Source: Clostridia bacterium
GTDB lineage: Bacteria > Bacillota > Clostridia > Christensenellales > CAG-917
Assembly: GCA_035270865.1 (NCBI GenBank)
Contig: DATESK010000149.1
Span: forward strand, 1 to 26,957
Direction of reading: 5' to 3'
DNA: 26,957 bases
Part shown: positions 16,363-24,801 of the stretch, piece after piece
Layout: each line of letters opens with the position of its first letter
How positions within the stretch are numbered: position 1 is the first letter of the stretch
Notes under the pieces: generated by a model
The model's input: the letters and a program-made list of their open reading frames with translations, nothing else
Database searches by the model: none
Told to the model about the DNA's origin: nothing
Position numbers and translations under genes: made by a program

Positions 16363-17487
16363 ATGGAATCGGCATTAAAAAGATTAAAAAAGGACGAAAG
16401 AGTGTCGCTTGGACTTCGCGAAGCGTACGAAAAATTTGGCTATAAAAAGTACAAGATGAGCAAGTTTGAGGAATACAGCTTGTATCTTGACAACAAAAAT
16501 TTCTTAAAATGTCAGCAAGTTATCACCTTCAATTCGCTTGACGGCAGACTTATGGCATTAAAACCCGATATAACGCTTTCAATTGCTAAAAACACGAACA
16601 CCGCAAAGGGGCAGGTGGAAAAGCTGTATTATATTGAAAATGTTTACCGTCTAGCTAAGCACACAAAAGAGTACAAAGAAACGGGGCAGTTAGGGCTGGA
16701 GGCAATGGGCGACATTGATTCCTACACCACACTTGAAGTTGCCTATCTTGCGCTCAAAAGTTTGGAAGCGATTGACGCCTCGTTTGTGTTAGATGTTTCG
16801 CATGTTGGGTATATTACGGGTTTGCTTGAGAGATTAACTGTCGATTCGGATGTAAAACAAAAGCTTCTTGATTGCATTGTAACAAAAAATTTGCACGACT
16901 TAAAGAGAGAGGGAACAAAAGCGGGCGTTGATAAAGCAAAGCTAGAGAGTTTAGAGCGTATTGTTACGCTAAACGGAGATTTTGCAACCTCACTTTCTGT
17001 TGCAAGAGAGATTGCGGAAAATAAAGCGATGTTTGATGCGGTTGCCGAACTTGAAAGTTTTTATCAATCTGTAAAAAACACGCAGTACGAGGAAAAGCTA
17101 AGGTTGGATTTTTCCATAATCAACGACACTTCTTACTACAACGGCATAATTTTTCAGGGCTATGTTGAAAGAATTCCCACGGCGGTGCTAAGCGGCGGCC
17201 GCTATGATTTGCTTATGAACCGTTTTGGAAAAGATGCAGGAGCGATAGGCTTTGCCCTAAATCTTGACGAACTTAGCAGATACTATCCAAATGAAATAGA
17301 TGCAGATGTTGATATAGTATTACTATATAATGATGGCGTAAACGCAACCGAATTGTTTTTAGCGGTGCAAAAACTAAACGATGAAGGTTTTAGAGTGCGC
17401 GTTGAAAAAACGCTACCCGATAATGTTAAGTACAAAAGAATAATGAAGTTTGAAAACGGACTTGCGGTGGAGGTGAAAGATGTTTAA
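16363..17487 (+). CDS. hisZ: ATP phosphoribosyltransferase regulatory subunit
   Basis: HisRS-like: ALKPDITLSIA, KLYYIENVYR, YYNGIIFQGY, SGGRYDLL..F..AIGFA. Directly upstream of a short hisG. Confidence 0.93.
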   Translation: MESALKRLKKDERVSLGLREAYEKFGYKKYKMSKFEEYSLYLDNKNFLKCQQVITFNSLDGRLMALKPDITLSIAKNTNTAKGQVEKLYYIENVYRLAKHTKEYKETGQLGLEAMGDIDSYTTLEVAYLALKSLEAIDASFVLDVSHVGYITGLLERLTVDSDVKQKLLDCIVTKNLHDLKREGTKAGVDKAKLESLERIVTLNGDFATSLSVAREIAENKAMFDAVAELESFYQSVKNTQYEEKLRLDFSIINDTSYYNGIIFQGYVERIPTAVLSGGRYDLLMNRFGKDAGAIGFALNLDELSRYYPNEIDADVDIVLLYNDGVNATELFLAVQKLNDEGFRVRVEKTLPDNVKYKRIMKFENGLAVEVKDV

Positions 17488-18100
17488 TATTGCACTTCCA
17501 AAGGGCAGGCTTGCCGACAAGACTTGCGGATTATTGAAACAAGTTGGAATAGACACCGACAAAGTAACGGCGGACACTCGCCAGTTAGTTATTAAGGATG
17601 AAAAAACGGGCATTCAATATTTTATGGTAAAGCCTAGCGATGTGTCAATCTATGTTGAATATGGAGTGGCGGATATCGGGGTGGTTGGCAAAGATATTTT
17701 GCTTGAAAACAATCCCGATGTTTATGAACTTTTAGATTTAGGTTTGGGCAAATGTAAAGTCGTGGTTGCAGGCAGAGAAAATTTTTACGAGGACAAGGAA
17801 AGACCGCTCCGCGTAGCCACTAAATTTGTTAATATTGCAAAAGACTACTATGCGTCCATAAACCGTGAAATTGAAATCATAAAACTCAACGGTTCAATCG
17901 AGCTTGCGCCCATTCTCAATATGTCGGATGTTATTGTCGACCTTGTGGAAACGGGAACGACACTCAGAGAAAACAAACTTAAGGTTATAACGGAAATAAT
18001 ACCGATTAGCGCAAGGCTTATTGCAAACAAGTCGAAGTTTAAGTTTAAGGAAAAAGAAATTCGTGCGCTAATCTCTCAGCTTGCAGAGGTAATAAAATGA
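17480..18100 (+). CDS. hisG: ATP phosphoribosyltransferase, short form (206 aa)
   Basis: IALPKGRL, KPSDVSIYVEYGVADIGVVGKD, RVATKF, GSIELAP, DLVETGTTLREN. Confidence 0.96.
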   Translation: MFNIALPKGRLADKTCGLLKQVGIDTDKVTADTRQLVIKDEKTGIQYFMVKPSDVSIYVEYGVADIGVVGKDILLENNPDVYELLDLGLGKCKVVVAGRENFYEDKERPLRVATKFVNIAKDYYASINREIEIIKLNGSIELAPILNMSDVIVDLVETGTTLRENKLKVITEIIPISARLIANKSKFKFKEKEIRALISQLAEVIK

Positions 18101-19383
18101 AAATTATAGATGCTAGTTTAATACCAATTGAGGAAATAATTCGCCGAGAGGACTGCAACACGGCGGCAGTTGAAAAGACTGTTTTAGACATAATAAATTG
18201 CGTACGAGAAAACGGCGACAAGGCGCTTAGGGAATACACCAAAAAATTTGACGGCGCAAACTTAGATAGCCTTGAGGTTGAAAAATCGGAAATAGATGAG
18301 GCGTACGAACGCACAAATGATGAAATAAAAGAAATATTAAACTGCTCAAAAGAAAACATAGCGAAATTCCACAAAATGCAAATGCGCGAGAATTTTGAGT
18401 TGTCGAGCTCAGACGGGGCAATTTTAGGTCAGCGGTTTATTCCTGTTGAGAAAGCGGGCGTATATGTACCAGGGGGAACGGCGAGCTATCCGTCTACAGT
18501 ATTGATGAATATAGTTCCAGCAGTTATTGCGGGCGTAAAAGAAATTATTATGGTAACGCCATGCGGGAAAGACGGAAAGATCGCCGATACAATTTTGTGC
18601 GCCGCAAAGATTGCGAGAGTGTCAAGAGTGTTCAAAGTAGGCGGAGCTCAAGCTATTGCTGCTCTTGCGTACGGCACGGAGAGTATTCCAAAGGTTGACA
18701 AAATAACGGGACCCGGCAACATTTATGTAGCCACAGCAAAAAAACTTGTTTTCGGCAGAGTGGGAATTGATATAATCGCAGGGCCGAGCGAAATCCTTAT
18801 CGTTGCAGACGACAGCGCAAACGCAAAATTTGTGGCGGCGGATTTACTTTCGCAGGCGGAACACGACAAAAACGCTTCCGCAATTTTGGTGACCACAAGC
18901 CGTGACCTTGCAAACCGCGTAAGCGATGAAGTGGAAAAACAATTATCCTCAATCCCTAGAGCCGACATCGCGAGAGTGTCCATAGAGAATAACGGCAAAA
19001 TAATTATTGCGGAAAATATAGATGTTGCACTTGATATAGCAAACAAAATTGCGCCCGAGCATTTGGAACTTTGCATAAATAATCCGCGTGAAGAATTGGG
19101 AAAAGTCAAAAATGCAGGTTCGGTGTTTTTAGGAAATTTCACGCCCGAAGCTGTTGGAGATTATTTTGCAGGCGCGAACCATACTCTTCCAACTTCAGGC
19201 ACGGCAAGATTTTCTTCAGCATTATCCGTTGATGATTTTATGAAGAAAACGCAATATATTTGCTACTCAAAATCCGCCCTTTACGAAGCATCGGACAAAA
19301 TTATAAAATTTGCAGAAATCGAGGGCTTAGTCGCCCACGGGAATTCAATAGCAGTTCGCTTTGAAGATGATAAAAACAATTAG
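18097..19383 (+). CDS. hisD: Histidinol dehydrogenase
   Basis: GVYVPGG, GGAQAIAALAYGT, GPGNIYV, AGPSE, DLLSQAEHD, APEHLEL, NHTLPT. Confidence 0.97.
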   Translation: MKIIDASLIPIEEIIRREDCNTAAVEKTVLDIINCVRENGDKALREYTKKFDGANLDSLEVEKSEIDEAYERTNDEIKEILNCSKENIAKFHKMQMRENFELSSSDGAILGQRFIPVEKAGVYVPGGTASYPSTVLMNIVPAVIAGVKEIIMVTPCGKDGKIADTILCAAKIARVSRVFKVGGAQAIAALAYGTESIPKVDKITGPGNIYVATAKKLVFGRVGIDIIAGPSEILIVADDSANAKFVAADLLSQAEHDKNASAILVTTSRDLANRVSDEVEKQLSSIPRADIARVSIENNGKIIIAENIDVALDIANKIAPEHLELCINNPREELGKVKNAGSVFLGNFTPEAVGDYFAGANHTLPTSGTARFSSALSVDDFMKKTQYICYSKSALYEASDKIIKFAEIEGLVAHGNSIAVRFEDDKNN

Positions 19384-19519
19384 TGAGAATAAAGTTTTAT
19401 GACTTATCCAAAATGATAAAAGCAAGTAGTTAAAAGAAAGAATTTTTAAGACCTAATCTGCAAAATGAGCAAATTAAGTATATTGAAAATATAAAAACAA
19501 AGCCTCACATAGAGAGAAA

Positions 19520-20587
19520 ATGAGTAAGTTTTTAAGCCAAAAATTTGAGAACCTTGCGCCGTATGTTCCTGGCGAACAACCGCAGGATATGCAGTATATT
19601 AAGCTCAACACAAACGAATGTCCTTTTCCGCCATCACCATATGTTGCGGATGCGGTAGCTAGTTTTGAAGCAAACAAACTGCGTCTGTATCCTGATCCCG
19701 AAAACACGGCACTTTGCAAATCTCTTGCCAAATATTACAGAGTAGAAAGCGAGAATGTTTTTGTGGGCAACGGTTCGGACGAGGTTTTAGCGTTCATTTT
19801 TATGGGATTTTTTGACAAGGAAAAAGAGGTATGCTATCCCGATGTTAGCTATGGATTTTATCCTGTATTTTGCGACCTTTACGGACTGAAGAAAAACGAA
19901 ATTGCGTTAAATGAAAATTTTTCAATAAATGTTAACGCTTTTATTGCCTCGGATAAGGCAATAGTTATAGCCAACCCGAATGCGCCGACAGGAATTGCGC
20001 TAAGTGCTTTTGATATTGAAAAAATTGTGAAGTCAAATCCTAATAGATTAGTGGTAGTTGATGAGGCGTATATTGATTTTGGCGGAGAAAGCGTTGTTAA
20101 ATTAGTTAAGACCTACCGCAATTTAATTGTCGTGCAAACCCTATCAAAATCCCGCGCGCTTGCAGGTGCAAGACTGGGAATTGCGATTGCTGATGAGGAC
20201 CTTATCAAAGATATTAAAGCGATGAAATTTTCCTTTAACAGTTATAATGTAAACAGATTGACTGAGAGTGTTTCGATAGCGGCGGTTGAAGACAGCGCCT
20301 ACTTTGAAAACTGTAGAAAAGAAATTATTAAGAACAGAGAGTGGACAACTGGGGAATTAAAATCCTTAGGCTTTGAAGTTTTGCCATCGTGCGCCAACTT
20401 TGTGTTTGCAAAACATAGCACAGTAGGCGGAGAAGCGGTATATAAGGAATTAAAAAAAAGAGGAATTTTGGTGCGCCATTTTAGCAAAGCAAAAATTTCC
20501 GATTTTGTGCGCATAACGATAGGCAGCGCAGAGCAAATGCAAAAGCTCATTATGGAAATTAAAGAATTATTGTGCAATGTCAAATAA
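19520..20587 (+). CDS. hisC: Histidinol-phosphate aminotransferase
   Basis: YVPGEQP, KLNTNE, GNGSDE, NPNAPTG, VDEAY, TLSKSRALAGARLG. Confidence 0.95.
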   Translation: MSKFLSQKFENLAPYVPGEQPQDMQYIKLNTNECPFPPSPYVADAVASFEANKLRLYPDPENTALCKSLAKYYRVESENVFVGNGSDEVLAFIFMGFFDKEKEVCYPDVSYGFYPVFCDLYGLKKNEIALNENFSINVNAFIASDKAIVIANPNAPTGIALSAFDIEKIVKSNPNRLVVVDEAYIDFGGESVVKLVKTYRNLIVVQTLSKSRALAGARLGIAIADEDLIKDIKAMKFSFNSYNVNRLTESVSIAAVEDSAYFENCRKEIIKNREWTTGELKSLGFEVLPSCANFVFAKHSTVGGEAVYKELKKRGILVRHFSKAKISDFVRITIGSAEQMQKLIMEIKELLCNVK

Positions 20588-20689
20588 GGTGAAGTAAGAG
20601 TTTAGATATAAGCAGTAAAGTTTTTAAGAAAAGTAAAGTATATTTGAAATAATAACGATAGGAAAATCCAAAGCCGAAACGGAGGAGTT

Positions 20690-21310
20690 ATGAGACAAGG
20701 TGTTATAAACAGAAGAACCAAGGAAACCGATATAACGGTTTCGCTTAATCTTGATGGCACGGGAAAAGCGGAAATCGCAACGGGGAGCGGATTTTTTAAC
20801 CATATGCTAGAACTTTTCGCATCTCACGGAAGATTTGATTTGAAAGTCAAAGCAGTTGGCGACACCGATGTGGATTTTCACCATACAGCTGAAGATATTG
20901 GTATAGTTTTGGGCACCGCTTTCAAAAGCAATCTTGGCGACAAAAAAGGAATTAAACGCTACGGAAGTATAATTTTGCCGATGGACGAGGCTCTTATATT
21001 GTGCGCTTTAGATTTTTCAGGAAGAAGCTATCTAAGTTATGATGTAAGTTTGAAAGCCACAAAAATGTCTGATGAGGGCGAAGAAATTCCTGCGGTTGTT
21101 GGCAGTTTTGACACGGAACTTGTAGAAGAATTTTTGCTTGCGTTTGTGCGAAACGCAGGACTTACTTTGCACATAAAACAACTTGCGGGCGCAAATACTC
21201 ACCACATTATTGAGGGCGCATTCAAGGCATTTGGAAGAGCGCTTTGCGAAGCGGTTGCGATAGACGCAAAATTTATTGATGAAATTCCGTCCACAAAAGG
21301 CAGTTTGTAA
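20690..21310 (+). CDS. hisB: Imidazoleglycerol-phosphate dehydratase (monofunctional)
   Basis: RRTKETDI, GFFNHML, DFHHTAEDIGI, PMDEAL, NTHHIIEGAFKAF, PSTKGSL. Confidence 0.96.
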   Translation: MRQGVINRRTKETDITVSLNLDGTGKAEIATGSGFFNHMLELFASHGRFDLKVKAVGDTDVDFHHTAEDIGIVLGTAFKSNLGDKKGIKRYGSIILPMDEALILCALDFSGRSYLSYDVSLKATKMSDEGEEIPAVVGSFDTELVEEFLLAFVRNAGLTLHIKQLAGANTHHIIEGAFKAFGRALCEAVAIDAKFIDEIPSTKGSL

Positions 21311-21918
21311 TGATAGCAATAATTGATTACGGAGTGGGGAATTTGTTTTCACTAAGCAGTTCGCTAAATTGCTTAAATATCGAAAACAAAATAACAAAGG
21401 ATGCGGGAGAAATCTTGTCTTCTGACCGTGTCATACTTCCTGGTGTGGGAGCGTTTAAGGATGCAATCGACAAGTTGAAAGAGAGCGGACTTGACAAGGT
21501 TTTGCATCAGTTTGCCGCCACAAAAAAACCGATTTTGGGAATCTGCCTTGGAATGCAGTTGCTCTTTGAAAGAAGTTTTGAGTACGGAAATCATATCGGT
21601 TTAGGGCTAATAAAAGGTGTAGTCGCACCCCTTGAAAAAGACATCAAAAGTGGCCTAAAGGTTCCGCAGATGGGCTGGAACGAAATTGACATAATACGAC
21701 AAAACAAGCTGTTTAAGTATACAAAGCAACACGACTATCTATACTTTGTGCATTCTTATTATGCAAAAGAGTGCGAAGAAAGCGTGATTGCAACCACCGA
21801 ATATAGCATCCCGATAACCGCCGCTGTGGCATCTAATAATGTTTTTGGAACGCAATTTCATCCCGAAAAAAGCGGCGATGCGGGCTTGAATATATTAAAA
21901 GCGTTTTCGGAAATTTGA
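21310..21918 (+). CDS. hisH: IGP synthase glutaminase subunit
   Basis: IIDYGVGNL, LPGVGAF, GICLGMQ, YFVHSY, QFHPEKS; TAATG coupling to hisB. Confidence 0.96.
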   Translation: MIAIIDYGVGNLFSLSSSLNCLNIENKITKDAGEILSSDRVILPGVGAFKDAIDKLKESGLDKVLHQFAATKKPILGICLGMQLLFERSFEYGNHIGLGLIKGVVAPLEKDIKSGLKVPQMGWNEIDIIRQNKLFKYTKQHDYLYFVHSYYAKECEESVIATTEYSIPITAAVASNNVFGTQFHPEKSGDAGLNILKAFSEI

Positions 21919-21960
21919 TAGTTTTTGAAACCTAAAAACAATAATTTGAAAAGGATAAGA

Positions 21961-22701
21961 ATGGAAATATTTCCCGCTATTGATTTAATGAACGGAGTTG
22001 CGGTGCGCTTAAGACAAGGAGACTTTGAAACAAAAGAAGTCTTTTCAACTCGCCCCGCCGTTTTGCTTGACGACTTCAAAAAACAAGGAGCGACAAATTT
22101 GCATATCGTGGATTTGGACGGCGCGAGGGACGGAAGCATTGAGAACTTTGAAACCATAAAAAGCCTTGCAAGCCGTGGTGATTTTTTTATTGAAGTGGGT
22201 GGCGGAATACGGAATATGACAAGGATAGAAAAGTATCTTAAGTGCGGTGTTAACCGTATAATTTTAGGTACGGTAGCCGTTACGGATTTCGGGTTTGTGA
22301 AAGAGGCGGTAACGGAATTTGGAAGCGCGGTTGCGGTCGGGGTAGATGCAAAAGAAAATTTTGTGGCGATACACGGCTGGAAAACTGTTACGAGTGAAAA
22401 CTCATTTGAGTTTTGCAAAAAGTGCAGAGATGCAAAAGTATCCACGGTAATCTACACAGACATTGCAACAGACGGAGCAATGAGCGGAACTAACATTTCG
22501 GCATACGAAAAATTGAGCAAACTTGAAGAACTAAATATTATCGCTTCAGGTGGAATATCCTCACTTGACGAAATCAAGATTTTGAAAGAATTGAATATAT
22601 ACGGCGCGATACTTGGAAAAGCAATTTACAAAGGCTTGATAAACTTGTCGGATGCCATAAAAGTTGCAAATCCGTTGGATAAATGCGGAAGTGCAAATTG
22701 A
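21961..22701 (+). CDS. hisA: ProFAR isomerase
   Basis: IFPAIDL, HIVDLDGA, VGGGIR, YTDIATDG..SG, IASGG. Start moved to ATG 21961 (AAGGA upstream). Confidence 0.95.
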   Translation: MEIFPAIDLMNGVAVRLRQGDFETKEVFSTRPAVLLDDFKKQGATNLHIVDLDGARDGSIENFETIKSLASRGDFFIEVGGGIRNMTRIEKYLKCGVNRIILGTVAVTDFGFVKEAVTEFGSAVAVGVDAKENFVAIHGWKTVTSENSFEFCKKCRDAKVSTVIYTDIATDGAMSGTNISAYEKLSKLEELNIIASGGISSLDEIKILKELNIYGAILGKAIYKGLINLSDAIKVANPLDKCGSAN

Positions 22702-22726
22702 TGATAAAAAGATTTAGAGGTGAGAA

Positions 22727-23485
22727 ATGATAACTAAGCGTATAATTCCCTGCCTTGATGTTAGGGGCGGTCGAGTGGTTAAAGGCAGAAAATTCACGGA
22801 TATTAAAGATGTGGAAAGTCCTGTTGATCTTGCGCATTTCTACAACAAAAGCGGAGCGGATGAACTTGTGTTTTATGATATAACTGCATCGTTTGAGGAG
22901 CGCGCATTGTTCACAGACATTTTGCGACAGGTGGCAAGCGAGATTTTTATTCCGCTGACAGTAGGGGGGGGAATAAACACCGTTTGGGATTTTGACCGTG
23001 TGCTGAAATGTGGCGCGGACAAAGTGAGCGTAAATTCCGGCGCAATTAAAAACCCAAAGCTTATTGAAGAGGGCGCAAAGTTGTACGGAAATCAATGTGT
23101 AGTGCTTTCAATGGATGTCAAAAGAGTAGACGGAAAATTTAGGATTTTCGCCAAAGGCGGCAGAGAGAACACGGGTATTGACGCTATTGAATGGGCAAAG
23201 CGCGGTCAGGAATTTGGCGCGGGAGAACTTGTTGTGAACAGTATTGACACGGACGGCGTGAAAGAGGGTTTCGACCTTGAAATGCTTGAGGCAATAGGAA
23301 ACGCCGTAACAATTCCAATTATAGCATCGGGGGGCGCGGGGAACATATCGCACTTTGTGGAACTGTTCAAAACCCAACCCAAAGTGGATGCGGGACTTGC
23401 TGCTTCAATTTTCCACTTTAGAGAAGTAACAATAAAGGACTTGAAAGAGGAACTTCAAAATAACAATATAAATGTAAGATTGTAA
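22727..23485 (+). CDS. hisF: IGP synthase cyclase subunit
   Basis: KRIIPCLDV, GADELVFYDITAS, IPLTVGGG, GADKVSVNS, IASGGAG, LAASIFH. Confidence 0.97.
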   Translation: MITKRIIPCLDVRGGRVVKGRKFTDIKDVESPVDLAHFYNKSGADELVFYDITASFEERALFTDILRQVASEIFIPLTVGGGINTVWDFDRVLKCGADKVSVNSGAIKNPKLIEEGAKLYGNQCVVLSMDVKRVDGKFRIFAKGGRENTGIDAIEWAKRGQEFGAGELVVNSIDTDGVKEGFDLEMLEAIGNAVTIPIIASGGAGNISHFVELFKTQPKVDAGLAASIFHFREVTIKDLKEELQNNNINVRL

Positions 23486-23631
23486 AACGAAACGGCAGAA
23501 AAGTAATACGAAACATTGTATAGAGATTGTGTTATAAAGATACAAATTGCTAACCTTAGTTGAAAAAAGTAGTTTTATTGTAACGGGTAAAATATAAGTA
23601 GAATATAGAAATTTAATAAAGAGAGAAGAAA

Positions 23632-24279
23632 ATGTTAAAAATTGAAGATTTGAAATTTGACCAAAACGGACTAATTCCCGCCATCGTTCAAGATTTTCGC
23701 ACGAAGGAAGTTTTGACGCTGGCATATATGAACCGAGAGAGTTTGGAAATATCCATAAAAGAGCAAAAGACTTGTTTTTATAGCCGCAGCAGAAAGGAAC
23801 TTTGGCGCAAGGGCGAAACAAGCGGAAACTTCCAACATATCGTTACGATAAAGCCCGATTGCGACCGTGATGCGTTGGTTGTTGAAGTAAAAAAAGACGG
23901 ACCCGCCTGTCACCTTGGAAATGAAAGCTGTTTTTGCGATTATCTTTTTGTGAGTGATGAAATAAAGGAGTTCTCTCTTCAAAATTTATACGAGATGCTT
24001 GAGGGCAGAAAAGCCGAAAAGGTCGAAGGTTCCTACACTAGCTATCTCTTTGAAAAAGGCATAGATAAAATTTTGAAAAAGGTGGGCGAGGAATGCACCG
24101 AAGTCATTATTGCGGGAAAGGGCGGAGAAAACTTGGAGCTTACATTTGAGATTGCGGACTTAACTTATCATCTGCTTGTACTAATGATTGAAAAAGGAAT
24201 ACCTCTGTCAGAGATTTTTGACGAACTATCAAAGCGACATATTGTTGATAGCAAAATTAAGCAAGAGAAAATGAAATAA
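23632..24279 (+). CDS. hisIE: Bifunctional phosphoribosyl-AMP cyclohydrolase / phosphoribosyl-ATP pyrophosphatase
   Basis: [40 protein letters not shown], then [21 protein letters not shown]. Confidence 0.96.
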   Translation: MLKIEDLKFDQNGLIPAIVQDFRTKEVLTLAYMNRESLEISIKEQKTCFYSRSRKELWRKGETSGNFQHIVTIKPDCDRDALVVEVKKDGPACHLGNESCFCDYLFVSDEIKEFSLQNLYEMLEGRKAEKVEGSYTSYLFEKGIDKILKKVGEECTEVIIAGKGGENLELTFEIADLTYHLLVLMIEKGIPLSEIFDELSKRHIVDSKIKQEKMK

Positions 24280-24413
24280 GTTAATTAAAACTGCGTCAAA
24301 CAAATTTGCAAATAAGCATTTGAACTGATTGACATTTAGAATAAAAACATAATGTTGATTAGAATAGCAGTAAAAAAGACTTGAAGATAAATCCAAAATA
24401 TTTAAAATAATGC

Positions 24414-24442
24414 TTGACAACACGAATATGCTATGTTAATTT
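24414..24442 (+). promoter_or_regulatory. Putative sigmaA promoter of the ilv leader
   Basis: TTGACA (24414-24419), 17 bp, TAATTT (24437-24442) with TG at 24434-24435. The -10 is a weak match. Confidence 0.5.
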
Positions 24443-24504
24443 CAAATAAAGGAAACGGATATTTTTCCTTTGCATAACATATAGTAAAAAAGACTGGGAG
24501 CAAA

Positions 24505-24621
24505 ATGTTGAACTTACTGAACTTAGCAAACATCATAATTATTATTAGCGTTATCGTACTAGTACTAGTAGATAGCGTTCATTTGAGTTTGCCAAAAAGG
24601 TGGAGTTTGATACAAAGATAG
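24505..24621 (+). CDS. Ile/Leu/Val-rich attenuator leader peptide (38 aa) MLNLLNLANIIIIISVIVLVLVDSVHLSLPKRWSLIQR
   Basis: GGGAG (24496-24500) then ATG (TTG at 24508 is an alternative start). 16 of the first 22 codons are Leu/Ile/Val, including five consecutive Ile. The stop codon lies 22 nt before the terminator. Absent from the ORF track. Confidence 0.8.
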   Translation: MLNLLNLANIIIIISVIVLVLVDSVHLSLPKRWSLIQR

Positions 24622-24675
24622 TATCACATTCAAAGATTTTTCGAAGACCTATGGCAAACGCTATAGGTCTTTTTT
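24523..24675 (+). promoter_or_regulatory. Ribosome-mediated transcription attenuator of ilvBN
   Basis: Mutually exclusive helices: 1:2 (24523-24535 with 24584-24595), 2:3 antiterminator (24587-24601 with 24647-24659), 3:4 terminator (24644-24671). Confidence 0.75.
24644..24675 (+). terminator. Attenuator terminator in the ilv leader
   Basis: aagacctatggc-aaac-gctataggtctt followed by tttt, ~125 nt upstream of ilvB. Confidence 0.9.
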
Positions 24676-24801
24676 AATAACATCGGACAAAAGAAAGTTG
24701 ATGAAGCATGCGGGCATATAGCGAGTTGTAATGCGAGTATGCAGATAAAATAAAGTAACTAGTTAAAGCTAAAACAAGTGGTTTGCAAAAGGAGAGCAAA
24801 A

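Noticed and set aside
24594-24610. AAGGTGGAG as a T-box antiterminator bulge
   Set aside because: Lacks the ACC of UGGNACC, the helix geometry does not fit, and no Stem I/specifier motifs are evident; the leader-peptide model explains the region better.
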